From contig OX597814.1 of the NCBI GenBank assembly GCA_951406725.2, forward strand, positions 120,094,001 through 120,158,000: a stretch of 64,000 nucleotides of DNA. The letters run 5' to 3'. The first letter of the stretch is position 1. Each line of letters opens with the position of its first letter. Positions 14,661 to 28,594 of this stretch are shown in pieces. The notes under the pieces were generated by a model. The model ran no database searches and was not told the origin of the DNA. It saw nothing but the letters and a program-made list of their open reading frames with translations. The position numbers and the translations under genes are program-made. Source of the DNA: Octopus vulgaris. Taxonomy: Eukaryota.

Positions 14661-14780
14661 CACGTGATCATATGACCGACCAGTCTATCAGATGTTGCTA
14701 CACATCGCTGGCCACAATGCGCTTCGCATCGCTTTAGCCTTCATATGACGCCACTCCGCTGGTTAAGCGAGCAGGCCAGA
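14660..14780 (-). mobile_element. Short retroposon 3' end (RTE-like tail)
   Basis: GC-richer 120-bp block ending in tgatcacgtga next to (TA)n; family assignment is from recollection only. Confidence 0.4.
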
Positions 14781-14792
14781 AGCGGCGGACTG

Positions 14793-14818
14793 AGTCCCCT
14801 CGCGATCGCGAGGGGACT
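14793..14818. repeat. 26-bp perfect GC-rich palindrome
   Basis: agtcccctcgcga|tcgcgaggggact. Confidence 0.9.
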
Positions 14819-15274
14819 GAGTGTGTATGTTTGTGTGTAGATGGATATATCAATGAAAGGAATTCTAACTTTGATTTTCACGTTTTATTTACAATCTTAA
14901 TATAATATTATATAATTAAATTATAAAATATTAAATGTTCATCTTGATTGAAGTAGCACTTTAATGCATTAAACTATGCAGTCTTCAGTTTCCTATATTT
15001 ATGGTGATAATTATATTTTACAATTTACAACTGTAGTGAAATAGCAAAAATGTGTACCCCAAATAAATTTCTTTAGGCTGCAGCATATTACGTTTTGCAA
15101 ACTGTATTCTGACCAATCACTAAGTTACTTAACTTGACTGGTGTTTGGTTTAGGCGTCACGGTTTGTTGAACATGTCAAGAGACCCGTAATTTGACCCTA
15201 GCCAAAGCAGTAAATATTTGGATATTTTTAGAAATGTAAACACTTCCTACAGATTTTTACGTTTCAATTATTTC

Positions 15275-15502
15275 TTTCTTTACTACCAAAAGTGGCTAAA
15301 CACAGAGGGGGCCAACAAGGACAGACGAACGGATTAAGTCGATTACATTGACCCCAGTGGGTAACTGGTACTTAATTTATCGACCCCGAAAGGATGAAAG
15401 GCAAAGTCGACCTCGGCGGAATTTAAACTCAGAACGTAACGGCAGACGAAATACGGCTACGCATTTCGCCCCGCGTGCTAACGTTTCTGCCAGCTCGCCG
15501 CC
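15275..15502 (-). mobile_element. SINE family B (tRNA head plus Nin-like domain), full length
   Basis: Near-identical to copies at 22838, 53744 and 55120; contains gcctttcatcctttcggggtcgataaattaagtaccag. Confidence 0.88.
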
Positions 15503-17592
15503 CTCGTTTCAATTATTATCATCACCATTATCATCACATGCATTATTGTTGTTATTTGTGATGGTGGTGGTCACGATGGTAGATGTAGCTGTGGTTCACT
15601 GACTTTTGTCTTCACTTAACTTGTATGTTCCAGCTATCGTCATCATGAGAAACGTTAGTATTATTCTTGAATGTGGTAGTAGTTGTAGCAGTAGAAATAC
15701 AACATTTAAGTATTATTAATATTATTGTTATTTCGAGTAATTTTAAGTATTATCATTTTTTATTTAGCTTGGGCTGGAATTTATCAATAAAGTTCATTTC
15801 TCTAATTTATCTCACGATTCCACTTGGACTGTGTACTTTGTGGAATGTAAGTATTACAAATAATTTCCGACCACATCTTCCTACGAAATAGCAGTACATA
15901 GGAATTTTACTTGTCTTAAATTAAAGCATGAAACGATTGATACAGAGTGAATACTCTGCTGAATACTCTGCTTAGTGAATACTAAGCTAGCACAGGAATG
16001 ATAACCTACGTATCTTAGTTGTTGTAATTCTTATTATTGAGTAGGTAGAATATTCTTTAGATAAATTGGAGTTGTCTCACTGTTTACTAACATATGGAAG
16101 CAATTAAACTATAATGCAGAATTACTTACACACGCACACACACACACATCGTCATTTATGTTTTTCCAAATTAGTTTCTCGATGTACAGCTGCATTTTAT
16201 ATTGTCTTCAGTTGATAAATCTGTGAAACTATATTTATATAAGCTATTTTGAAATATTGTATGTTCCAAGAATAAATTTACAACATTAGTTAATAATAAT
16301 TTGCCTGTGTTACTAGTGCAGCGTTCCTGTATTGCTAATGCATATCTCCCATTATTAGAAATTGAATGTTAAATTGGTCACCTGATACGTGTGTTATCTT
16401 GAGAACAGAGACATTTTCCGAATTCTGCTCCCTGAAAGAATTCTTATAGATATCACATAGTACCATATTGTTCTGTTGAAAACAGTGCATAATATTACAC
16501 ACAAAACTTTTCCTCTTCCCGTTCTCACTTAATTTTTTGTGATTTTCGATTTACTAATGAATGACTTATACATATTTTCTGGGTAGTAGTTCAAACCTGG
16601 AGCTATCGTCGGAGAGAACTTTTGAACACTCAAATAAGCTGATTTAATTATTCTAAACATCACTTGCACGATATCAATTTGAGGGAAACATCGAGTATAA
16701 ATATTAATTGAATCCGATCGATAGCAGCAACAGCTAATGTGTATTTATCTGCAGTATTGTCGCATTAGAGAATTTTTTCCTTACATTTTTCGTATTGGAA
16801 AACAACGATGTACTTTGGATTTGTTGTCTTCACTGCTGCGTGATAATTAGATGAAGCATTCTGGATTGACACGTGTTGTCAAATCTGCAACAAACCTCAT
16901 CGTAGAGTCTTAAAAGAAGAAAGACTAACAAGGTAATGGTATTTTAAGTACAGGTGATTGTGTTTAAGTGGCTGTGAGATGATCTGTCACTCTTTGTCTC
17001 CAATTCATTATAAAATTGGTAATATTAAGTGACACATCTACCTGTCCTATTTGCCATTCTATTTTCTAATTTATTACTTTCATCAGAACTTACTTGTCAT
17101 TCTCTAATCACAACGGGTGAACCATCGCTAAAATTCAGTCTCATCATTCAAACTTTCATCACAAATTTAATATGGACCACTGTCAATCATAATTATCATT
17201 ACACACCTTATTCCTAACACTTCACACCTTAAAGTAATTTGTCTTTCTTCCCTTCAATGGAAGACAAAGTTATACAAATCACGTGGCAGGTCACAAATAC
17301 GCGGTGCTCACATTCGCGTCTTAACTCACAGATTAACTGACAGAATTTGAAATTTAGAAAGCAGTTTTAATTAAATTACACACGTATTAAGACTGTACAC
17401 ATATGAATAGAATATGGAAATCACCACGTGCACTGATATAATTTCCTTTACTTTTTGAAATACATAAATATATATGTATACAAACATGCGTGCGCGCACT
17501 CACGCGTATATACAAGGGAGAAAAGGAATAAAAGATTCAGGACGAATAATTATGAGTATTCTGTAGGGGTCAAACTTGGCTAATTACATTAC

Positions 17593-17643
17593 CCAGCAAA
17601 AGCCACTGTAATCCATCTTCGTCGTAGATTTTCATTCCACTGT
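17593..17643 (-). CDS. Candidate 51-nt internal exon (QWNENLRRRWITVAFA-G)
   Basis: Acceptor cttttaatttgcacattctacag and donor gg|gtaatg; phase 2-2 and joins in frame to the 11763 exon. Confidence 0.3.
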
Positions 17644-18464
17644 CTGTAGAATGTGCAAATTAAAAGTTCAAACACCGAATACTTTTCGTTTATAGATTAT
17701 AGATTAGCGAATTACACATTCGTTAATAAGCTTACGCACTTTCGGACATATGGCATTCCAAAACTATCCAATGCAGTCATCATACATATTAATCCATTTA
17801 GTATTTGAGTAACTAAAATCAAACAGAAATCAAAGAGAGATATTTAATACCATCGTATCCTTATCAAAGCTATACCAATCTGCTTGGAACACGGAACATT
17901 TAAAAGGAAATAGTAAAATTAACAGCATTTGACCAGGATACGATATATATCCACAAGGCATTAGATGCACGTTAGTTTCTCTCCATTATTTTGTAGCGTA
18001 CAACTTATCATAAACTACCCATTATCGGGTCTATCGTTACACTCTTTGACGTGCCAGGCAAAATTATTTGCAGAGAGTTTTCTTTCTTTACCATATTTAA
18101 ATGAAAATACCTGATTTTATAATCTTTATTTAAACATCAATTGCGAAGGCACCTGTATAACAAAAGTAAATATATTTTTAGAGCCCTTGACAAGCTTTTC
18201 GCACTGTCAAATAAATAAGTTATATAATTTAACGGGGATATATTATTGGCGGAAATCGTAGCAGCACATGATACTATGTTAAGTATGTTTAATAAAATGG
18301 ATTTAAGTGGAGATCATATAATCACGTCTCTTTATCTAAATATAGAAAAAAATCGAATACTTTAAGTAAATTTATCTGGAGCTTCAATGAAAAATATACT
18401 GTGTATAAATATGTAGTACACTACCGTATAATTGTAGCGAATATATTGAGAACTGATTAACATA

Positions 18465-18772
18465 TCCTATTGTTTAAGGATGTTTAACGAACCACCCCTG
18501 TTTCCAAAGGTGTATTATCCAAACCTCCAAGAATTCCTTTCCACACACGGCTATGATGCTCCCCCACAACTTCTGCTTTTGATCAGAGGTGCACATATCG
18601 TCAGCAACTAAGGGGCATACGCAACTGATTAAGGTCAAACAACTGACAAGCAAATCTGTGGTATTGGGCAGAACATTTGCTGTAGCCCATCTTTTATATC
18701 AAGACAAACCAATGTACATGGTAACACTTCCAATCAGTTAAGATCAGGAGCCATGGTACAGCATCAGGGCAT
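18465..18772. mobile_element. Probable interspersed repeat next to a (TTG/TTA)n tract
   Basis: About 300-bp block of higher GC ending at a triplet microsatellite; only one copy in the window, recognised from memory only. Confidence 0.3.
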
Positions 18773-18805
18773 TTATTGTTATTGTTGTTGTTGTTGTTAT
18801 TATTA

Positions 18806-19560
18806 TATGTTTGATTTTCGCTTTGTATTTTACAAGTTGTCTCCAAGTCTCACGCATAGATATCAATAGACAACAAGTTAGAAGTTCATGTTTGTTGTTA
18901 TGACTAGGGTGCCATATATTTGGTTTTGCACAAAGTTTGTTTCCAGAGCATGATTCCGAAAACTAGAAAATTATAAGTTTCTTTCAGAATTTCAGATTAC
19001 ATTGACAATATTTTTTTAGTATATGGGCAGGTACCATCAGCATTATTTAAAAAAAATTTCTAGCATTTTAAAATTTTCTATATCTAACATAAGTAGCAAT
19101 CAATCACATTTGCTATCATTTCTAGTCTACTCAGGCTATGAACAAGTTTTTTTGTCGTTTCTGCCAATTTTCCAGGATCAACGTATTAAGGAATAGATGA
19201 TCTTTACAATCAAAGGGCCCACATATACTTCCTTCTTGCTCATTAGAATATATCCCACTTTATATTAAAATACTATAGGTGTATTCAGTCAAGACAGATG
19301 TTAGTATTTTACACATTGTTGTTAAGCTGGTTATGGGTCTATAATTTTTGGTTCATTTGTTTCTTAATTTTTTAGAAGTAGGGATGTAACACCATTAACT
19401 AGCCAAGAGAGAATTGTATTAGGATGTTGTAAAACACAGTTGCAATGTTTTGTTAGCATTCATGACTATCTGGGAAGGCATTCAACCAGAAGTTAGGAAT
19501 ATTATCCTTTCCTGGGGTCTTCCGGCCTTCCATTTTCTTGACTTCCCGGGAGCAAATCTT
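18806..19560 (-). pseudogene. Decayed R4/Dong-type LINE fragment (RT domains 0-3 plus 3' tail)
   Basis: Minus-strand translation PGKDNIPNFWLNAFP...NYRPITSLTTMCKILTSVL...EQEG...CKDHLFLNTLILENWQKRQKNLFIA*VD*K with stops; 3' end abuts a TAA/CAA repeat. Confidence 0.75.
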
Positions 19561-19623
19561 ACAGCAGATCTACCTTAATACACTCCTACGTTTGTCCTTG
19601 TAAGGAGTCTATATATATATATG

Positions 19624-19773
<150 letters not shown>

Positions 19774-20139
19774 CATATATATACAGACAGAGGGACAGAG
19801 AGAGACAAAGTGTACCAACAACATTGTCCAAACTTTGATCCAAAGTCGAACCTTTGTATCTCATGAATGCTTAAAGATAGCTGAATGTAATTATAAGATG
19901 TTTTCTAACACTATTGTACTATACTTTGAGTATGAATAGTGTTTATTACTTTCCAGTCTTACCAGACTAATCATGATAAAGTTGAATTTGGACGAAAGTC
20001 AGATTTTCATCAATAATTAACCATTACGCTGAACTGGGAGTTCATAATTGATTGGAATAAACTTCGAATAGAGGTTTCAAGTTTTATTTCAAAGTAGCAG
20101 AGACAATATTGGCTGAAATTGTATATGTTAGGCATGAAA

Positions 20140-21200
20140 AATTGCTCCACATTTGGTAATGCTTCCTGACTACAGTACACGTTTTCTAAATGAATTCTTC
20201 ATCAATGTCTTTTCCCACGAATGTACTTTTGAGAGCTTGTAGATTACTTTCGGGATTCTCTTAAGCTTTTCGGACCTATTCATTCCAGGTTTTGAAGGTT
20301 AAATAGCTCGAATCAAGTGAGAAAGGGGGCCAAGTGTTCTTATCCCGAAATCAGTTCTGAAATTCATATCTGAGAAATTTTTGAGCCACTGCACCTGTGT
20401 GAATGTAATGTAATCTTGAAGTCATTTTCAATCATTTTGGGGTTTCTTTCGTCTCTAGGATCAGGATATTCTGAAAGAATCCCGGTTTTTACATCTTTGA
20501 AAATCTGAACATAATCTTCTCTCAGTTTCTCACTCTTCCCACACTTCATCAATGGCATCTTCCTGCGATCGGAGTACACGCAGACGAAAATCATCACCTT
20601 GGCAAGGTTTTCGCACATAAAAATAGCATCTTTGGATCTGTCTTTGTTGCGTCATTATGTGTGCATATCTTGGATGAAGTTCTCATACGTGTAAAATGTC
20701 ACTCCAGGACAAGTTTGGCTTTGATCCAGATGATCTTTGCCTTATCCAAATTTCTGACCGTTTGTCCTAGAGTAACAGGGTGCCTTACAGGTTTCATATA
20801 GCATTTAATTTTCAATTCCTCTGCCACCGCTTTTGAACTGTCATTGCTGAGACTCCTCTCTCATCATCTCTCGTGCCAAGCATCTTATTGATGGAGTTGA
20901 ATCTCTTCTAATTGATCTTGTCATCTCCAGATTGAAATGATGATATCACTTGCGCTTACGACCTCTTTATCGAGCCTCCCTCTCCACTACTCCCTCTTTC
21001 TCAAAGTTATTGACAAAATTTTAGATGGTTCCTGAATAGACTTTGAAGATCGAAGCCAGAAAATGAATGTTAGCACCATTACAGAAGTATTGGATGGTCT
21101 TAGCCTTCTCAAAATTACTCAGTTGGGAAAACATGGTGAGGCTGGCAAAAACGATTTCAGCCTGTTCTTTGTATAGCTAAATATCTCAATGATTCTTGCA
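20140..21200 (-). pseudogene. Tc1/mariner-superfamily transposase pseudogene (maT/DD37D-like)
   Basis: Frameshifted motifs KVMIFVCVYSDRRKMPL and FRDKNTWPPFSLDSSYLTFKTWNE*VRKA*ENPESNLQALK...IDEEFI*KTC, i.e. the WPPxSPDLNPxD region at about 20300-20346. The 5' boundary is approximate. Confidence 0.65.
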
Positions 21201-22837
21201 AAGAACGGTGTTAGTATAGCCAGTCGTCTTATCTGGAAAACATAAAAATTGCAAATAAATGAGTTAATTGGATTTTAGAAGTTTTAAGAATATGTGAGTG
21301 CATTAATTTTGCTGGTACACACGGTATTTGTGTGTATATGTGTGTGTGTCTGTGTTGTGTGTGCGCAAGTGCGTGTATGTCTGTGTGTATATCTCGTATG
21401 TGTGCATATATATACATATACATGTGTGTATTTGTGTGTATTTGTGTATGTGCTTGTGTGAGTATGTTTATGTGTGTATGTACATGCATACGCATTTTTT
21501 TTATATACATATGACTTTGTAACATCAAGGTTAGCGGGAAAATGTTTTATCACCTACGAACTTATTCTTGAGTTGATTTGGATAATTTGAAATACACAGT
21601 GAAATTCATTTAATTTCCGTTAAATAAGATTCAAACGGTTCTTGTGCAGGAAATAACTTCGTAAAATATGTTGAGAAAATAATAACATAATATTAAAACT
21701 GTAATACTCCAAGGAATCTTAAGTGCAAATTTGGGCAAGACAATTCCCACTACAACCATAAATTTTGTCTATTGCCTCTAGTTTATTATATATGTTTCAG
21801 TAGTCATTCAAAATTGATTGAACGCTGCTAACCCGTAAAGATATGTACGCAACATTTTTTTGGTTTTTTTATAAATTGTTGTTATTTAACGTAAAGCCAA
21901 TGTTGTAACTTTGGACGCCTTTTTCTCAAACATGCATTGCTGAAAGAAAGTGTAACAACATAGTGACGAAAAACACCCCCACTTTTTGCCCAGATATTTT
22001 ATTTTTCGTTCCACATCTAACAATGTTTTTTTAGGTTTCCACACACAATTAACTCTACTATTTTCTATTTAACTGAAGAATAATCACAAACTTGTATCGA
22101 AATCGTTATTCTCTAAATACGTTAAACGTTAAAGTTATATTATTACTGCATCAATGATAATATATGTAGAAAAGCACACACTATTATTATGTCTGATGAT
22201 CCAAGTGTGAATGTCTCCATAAAGTGTTAATCAACACTTAACAAGCGATCGGTCTTAACTCTAAACTCGTTAAATATCACATTAACCACCATTGATACAT
22301 ACAATGCCTGTACAAATGCGGTGAGGTTGCTATGCAGATAAAGCTATCGCAACCAAAGAGAAAGCATTGCTGCTTATCACTCTCGCTGAAATACGGTTTC
22401 TTTACTATCGCCAATTAGATTATTTAGATTCTATAATCTGATTATAAAAGAAGAATTAAGATATAAATTGTCACCATATATTTAGTGATTCAGTTGACGC
22501 AGACTGAATCTGAAGAGATTGGTGCTGTTTATAGTTTTTGCTGTTATTATAAACCAGCAGGATTTCTCTTTTGTTTTTAAACGTGAATTGCCTTTCTAGA
22601 ATTATTTTTAGCTTTCCTGTTTGCTCAGTGTATCGAATAGTATACGTACTCTAGTCCTATATATAGGTTAATCCTAGTTTGTGTATGCTGCATCAGTATT
22701 TAAGAATATGTGTTTGCTGTAAAGTATCATTGCACATGTATCCTGCTTTTGTTAATATTTCGAGGTTACCTGGTTGAAACCATGCATCTTGTCTGGTTAT
22801 ATGGAATGGGTGACATCACAGCGATATAAGAAGAACA

Positions 22838-23068
22838 AAGGCGGCTATCTGGCAGAAACGTTAGCAAGCCGGGCGAAATGCTTAGCGGTATTTCGTCTGC
22901 CGCTACATTCTGAATTCAAATTCCGCAGAGGTCGACTTTGCCTTTCATCTTTTCGTGGTCGATTAAATAAATACCAGTTACTGGGGTCGATATAATCGAC
23001 TTAATCCGTTTGTCTGACCTTGTATATCCTCTCCGTGTTTCGCCCCGTGTGGGTAGTAAAGAAATTGG
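22838..23068 (+). mobile_element. SINE family B, full length with 13-bp target-site duplication
   Basis: Family consensus match; tataagaagaaca at 22825-22837 and 23069-23081. Confidence 0.9.
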
Positions 23069-24071
23069 TATAAGAAGAACACGAGATGGTGAAGATGCCG
23101 ACGACCGCTTTGTTCAAAGCCTCCCTGGACCTCAAGTGGCCTGAACTCTTTACATGAACACCACCCTGTACTTAACTCCATGTCCCCCTACATGGCCTTG
23201 CTATTTGCTTTTGAGCCAAATTAACTAACTAACTAACTAACTTTTATTGTTTACAAGTTGTAATTTTGGCATATCCACTTCACTGGGCGTCAAAACAATG
23301 GCGATACCATCAATAAAAATCCTTACTAACCACAATAACAAACTTTCTATCATAGTTCTATTAATGGATATAACATATCAATATTGAGGGCCTCAAAATT
23401 AAGGGCCACTTCCATGTTTCTATTGTTTCATTGATTTATTACATATGTTCAGCTGCGGAAACTCTTCATCTTGATCTGCGAACACTGAGGATGCCTAATT
23501 TTCTACTTTTCTTTTCACTTTCTATATTGCCTTCATAAGTGTATAATCTTTCAGGACCGGTAATGCCTTTATTGCTGAATAATCCACATGTCTTCTAACA
23601 CATTGACATATGATTTTTAAAAAATTCTGATTCTAGTATGCTACACATAATTGTAGAAGAATATCAATCAACATTTCGTTTATTTAAAAGAGGTATGTTT
23701 TATTTTGGCAAGCATGTGTGTAATATGTACACAAATATCAGAATACTAAATCACATCTATAGTTAATCATAAGAATTATTATTTGCAGTTTTAATTATGT
23801 TTAAAATTTCATGACGCTATTCTGTTTGTTATTTTTGCGGATATATAGGCATATATTGCAAGAATATTTCCGAAACATATTTTTCAAGTATCATAATATA
23901 ATGCCATAATTACGATTCATACCAATTGGTATATACACACTTCTGCATATCGCAAAAACTCTTTCTACTTTGGACTAAAGGGCTGATTCTACTTTGTGTA
24001 ATTTTTCACATATCTTTCAGAAATTAAATAGAAATATCCATTTACAATTCTTCAATAATTTTTTCTTTATA

Positions 24072-24545
24072 TTAACTTAGATAACTTAGATATGTTTCGA
24101 TCAAAGATCGGTCCAGGCCATGTCTAACTTAATAGCACCACCTGATAGGATTATTCGAGTTTAAGTCAAGTTTTGTTCAAGTAGTGAGTTCTTGTTGGGT
24201 TAGTTGTATCCAATTATGGGTGGCTTATCTGGTATTCTTTGAAGGAATCTATCCAGACTCCGTTTAAAGTTGATGGGATCCTTTTCCTCTTTGATCTCCC
24301 TCGGGACAATGTTAAATAGGGCAGGGCCTGTTGAGGAAAAGAAATTATATTGCAGTATACATGTATGTTGTGATCTTGAATTGGGCAGGGGACGTATGGC
24401 CCGTGGTCCCAGTCTTGGATGAACCTTGAAGCTAATGTTAAGGTCGTTTGGGCAAAGTTGGCGGTATATTCTCCACATCGTACAAATGATGTACCGCTCA
24501 CGGCGACGCTGGAGGGAGTAAAGTTTTAAGGCTTTAAGGCGATTT
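24072..24545 (-). mobile_element. 5'-truncated CR1/L2-group LINE (ORF2 C-terminus plus 3' UTR)
   Basis: RLKALKLYSLQRRRERY...GPALFNIVPREIK...FKRSLDRFLQRIPDKP is the typical CR1-group ORF2 tail; 3' UTR ggtgctattaagttagacatggcc is shared with the 27895 copy. Confidence 0.85.
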
Positions 24546-25000
24546 GGCAAAAATGCTATCCTAAGGTTGATTGTCAAGTCTCTTCAGGTCTGAAAAATAT
24601 TTCAGAGGAAAATCTTGTACTCTAGTATTGTATGATACACTTCTGCAGGCCAAGAATATGTTTCATTCCCAGGATCTTTTAATATCTACAGAAGCAATTA
24701 TATTATCTGTATATAAACACGCTAAGGTCGAATATGCGATATTGTCACATCGATGGCTAGTAGAAGGGAAATCAAAAGGAGAGAGAGTGAGTGAGAGAGA
24801 GCAAACAAGTGAGAGAGTGACAGAACGAAAAGGAAGGGTGGTTAGTAGTGAAGGCGAGGTGAAACTGATTAGGAGTCGGGTGAATAAGGCACTTAAATGG
24901 TAAGAGAGCGGATCTGGTCAAAATTTAAATGCTATTTCTTTATTATTCATAAGGATTTACATAGATGGGGACAATACAATGATTTAGGGTCAAATGGAAC

Positions 25001-25086
25001 TATTTACAGTGAAATCGAATGGATTATTTACAGTGAAATCGAATGGATTATTTACAGTGAAATCGAATGGATTATTTACAATGAAA
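25001..25086. repeat. 24-bp minisatellite, about 3.5 copies
   Basis: tatttacagtgaaatcgaatggat x3 plus a partial unit. Confidence 0.92.
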
Positions 25087-25951
25087 ATGAAAATGAAATT
25101 GAACAAGAACAAACAAACAAAAAGGGACATATGAAGTCAAAAGAACGGGATAGCCGACCCCACGAGCCCTGTTATTTTAACTGAAGCCTTTTGGTCAACA
25201 TTTAAATGCATAAACAGCAACTATAGGCGAATACAAACGTATTTTTGGGTCGGTGTCAAAACAAAAATGTAAAATATAGCTGTACAGTCACGTTACAAAC
25301 TAATAATTTTATTTGTATCGGTTGTTAAGTTAACCTAAATAATCACACCCTCATTTCACTTCCTTTAAACTTAGACATAAAGCTAATAGCACGTCATTAT
25401 CCATGAAGGTTTGGGAACTCAAAGATAATAATATTAAATTCAACATAATATGGAATATAATTCGTAGAGCTCAACGTCACTCGAATAGTTGATATGGGTG
25501 CGAACTGTGCTGTATGAAGCTGTACGAAATATATAAATATAGGCATAAAGGTAATTTAATTAATAATAGTTAGCTCTGAAATGTTCATGCGTTCATAAAA
25601 GTAATCGTGCTGTTAAGTATTCTAAAAGCATTACTTAATCAGCTAGCCCAAGTTTCTCTAATATGAAAACATCCATACTTTCGCTTAATTTCATATTTGA
25701 GTCTGTGTAGTAGAATTACCTACGTGGTTATCTAGTGGCATCACTTAACCTCCTAGTCCCGACAGATCTTTCGTTTAGATAATTATACCTTGATTAGTTT
25801 AATATAGCTTTTACAATTATTGTATGCTTTGGGCAATTGATACTAGAACTTGTCTATAATGTAACATATCACCTAAACCTATTGGCATTTTACCATAGCT
25901 TTATTCCTATATATAATTTTTATTACTAATAATTACACTTAATAATGTTTG

Positions 25952-25992
25952 GTGTTGGTGTCTTATCATACCCATAGATAAGACACCAACAC
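25952..25992. repeat. 16-bp perfect hairpin
   Basis: gtgttggtgtcttatc / gataagacaccaacac with a 9-nt loop. Confidence 0.88.
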
Positions 25993-26547
25993 AGATAAGG
26001 ATTTGGTTTATCTGATTGCATTACATAATATGAAACCTTATAATTCCTCACTGAAATATTATATTTTTTAATATTACTATAGTATGCTAATACTACTTGT
26101 TTTATAAAATGTTGCCATAACCAACTCTCTATGTCTGACTATTTATAATCTATAATAAGAAATTAACTATTTGTTTTTTATTCATTTCCTTTCTAATTAT
26201 TTATAACTTGTATACTATAGTACCCTACTGTTCTACGATTACTTTATTATCAATAATCTTACATTCCAAATATACATTTTTACTGCTACGCTACCGTAAC
26301 TAGTAATATTACTTTATTTCTTTAATCTTAATTCTATTGCGCTATTTGTGACATTTCTTTAATTACCATTAAAAGTACCATACTTTCTATATTATTATTA
26401 TATTATATTTACTCTGGTTTATACAATTTTTCCCAATTCCATTTTTACTATAATCCAAATTACTTTATTACAACGCCACTGATTTTAATATAACCCCCAT
26501 TTTCTACTTTAATTTTTACCTAATATAACTACTTCTCTGGTTCGCGT

Positions 26548-26630
26548 ACTCAGCCGAAGAAAACCGTGTTCTACAATGATATAATAGATCCATTGGTCAA
26601 TACAAAATCGTTAGAAACAGCTGTAATGAA
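26548..26630 (+). ncRNA. Degenerate type I hammerhead-like motif
   Basis: CCGAAGA (26554-60, one core change), 53-nt helix II region, then GAAAC-AGCT-GTA with a palindromic helix III loop; lies just before (TA)n. Confidence 0.4.
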
Positions 26631-26673
26631 CTGACACCTATCCATAGTTTGCTCTGTATACGTACATACTTAC

Positions 26674-26733
<60 letters not shown>

Positions 26734-26762
26734 TATCCTATATCGATACATATATACATACA

Positions 26763-26939
<177 letters not shown>

Positions 26940-27640
26940 GATAAGGAAATATCAATTTCGGCGTCACAGAGATAAGATATTGAAGTTAAGAATATTAGGT
27001 TAAAATAATTTCAATAAGTAAATACATATATATCAAAGTATCAATTAGAGACAGAAATCCCTATAAAATTCAATAAATCAGAATATAAATTCAGCCATGT
27101 CATAGAATATTATATTTAATACTTACTATACATGTCCAATGTTTTCGACTTATAATATATTATATAACATATTCTTATAATATATTTCCTTCTCACTAGT
27201 ATATATTTTTCCGCATTCTCATATATTTTCTCATTCGTATATATTTTAAAATTATATATATATATTTTAGGCGTAATTCACATTTAATTCATGATTAATT
27301 ATCGTTTAAACTGCAGGGTTCAATGAATTTATTTACACATATATATATTGTGACATACTAGGAATTTATTTATATATCTGTTTAGTTTGATATTCATTTA
27401 AGTTGGAATATATAATGATAGATAAACGGGGAGAGGTGGACCTCAAGATTGGGGTTGTATAAAAGGGGAGCTTCTGTAAGAGACTGCGTGTCTCAGGAAC
27501 ATAATACACAACCTCATGACACACATGTAGTCGACAACTTTTGACATGAATAGTAAGTATTGAAAATTTAATTGCTATGACACGGTTGAATTTATATTGT
27601 GATTTGTCGGATTTTATGGGGATTTCTTTCTCTAAATATA

Positions 27641-27689
<49 letters not shown>

Positions 27690-27744
27690 CGGAGATGTAC
27701 TCGCATAGCAAGTGATTTGATCTGAGATCGTGTGCTGAAACGAA

Positions 27745-27823
27745 AACAATTGCAGCGTGGAAGGTGTTTGTAAGCCATTTAAGAAACACATGGCTTACAA
27801 ACACCTTCCACGCTGCAATTGTT
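27745..27823. repeat. 34-bp perfect inverted repeat inside a (TA)n-bounded module
   Basis: aacaattgcagcgtggaaggtgtttgtaagccat (27745-78) and its exact reverse complement (27790-823), 11-nt loop. Confidence 0.92.
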
Positions 27824-27894
27824 CATATATATATATATATGATTTTTAAATTTAGAATTAATGGATCAAGGTCTAGATTATTATTGGTGTCGCA

Positions 27895-28345
27895 CAAAAA
27901 AATGCTCAATCTCTACACCGTCTCCAACACCGGCAACGCTACATCATTTGTGTTATGTGGAAAATATCTCATAAATATTGGACAAATGATGTTGACATCA
28001 ATTTTAAAATCCATCCAATACTTAACACCTTGCTATCTACCCACTACAAAAATCGATTTCGTTACATATGGCAAAGTTACGTCATGATTACTTTATCTCA
28101 ACCGGTCTAGCACTGTTTGATATTATACAAAATAGGTCAAAACGGAGACGGATCCCATAAAATTCAAAAGATTACTACACAAATTTCTTCAAAAAACCTC
28201 GGACCAAACTTCTATGTTACTGGAGACACGGATATGTCTCCAACAATAATAATTATTTGCTAGAGTGGGTCATGGTGCCCTATATATGACTAAAAGACTT
28301 CACCAGTTGGTGCTATTAAGTTAGACATGGCCTCTCAAAGTTATC
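27895..28345 (+). mobile_element. Older degenerate CR1/L2-group LINE 3' end
   Basis: KMLNLY..., cgctacatcatttgtgttatgtgg (RYIICVMW), gatcccataaaattcaaa (DPIKFK); same 3' UTR motif as the 24072 copy. Confidence 0.75.
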
Positions 28346-28348
28346 AAG

Positions 28349-28522
28349 ATCGCTGGCCACTAAACGTTTGTTTTTCTCTCCATGTTTATTTCTGTATTAC
28401 TTTCTGTTGAAGGGCGTAGGCTCGAAGCATAAAATGACTTTCTCACTTCGTGAGCATTAAACTAATACATGTGTTTTTTTGTTTACACACTCGGTTTCGT
28501 CTTTTTTTGTAAATTCTCATTC

Positions 28523-28523
<1 letters not shown>
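28349..28523 (+). mobile_element. Penelope pseudo-LTR-like repeat (family P1)
   Basis: ctgttgaagggcgtaggctcgaagcataaaa...ctaatacat; homologous to 10088 and 58909; ends at (TA)n. Confidence 0.6.

Positions 28524-28594
<71 letters not shown>

Noticed and set aside
16754-16932. AG...GT-bounded plus-strand segment
   Set aside because: I found no convincing open frame or other support
24200-24577. 125-aa ORF as a host gene
   Set aside because: It is the C-terminus of a 5'-truncated CR1-group LINE, and its start lies in flanking DNA
25001-25086. 24-bp repeats as a CRISPR array
   Set aside because: The units are contiguous with no unique spacers, there are no cas genes, and the context is eukaryotic
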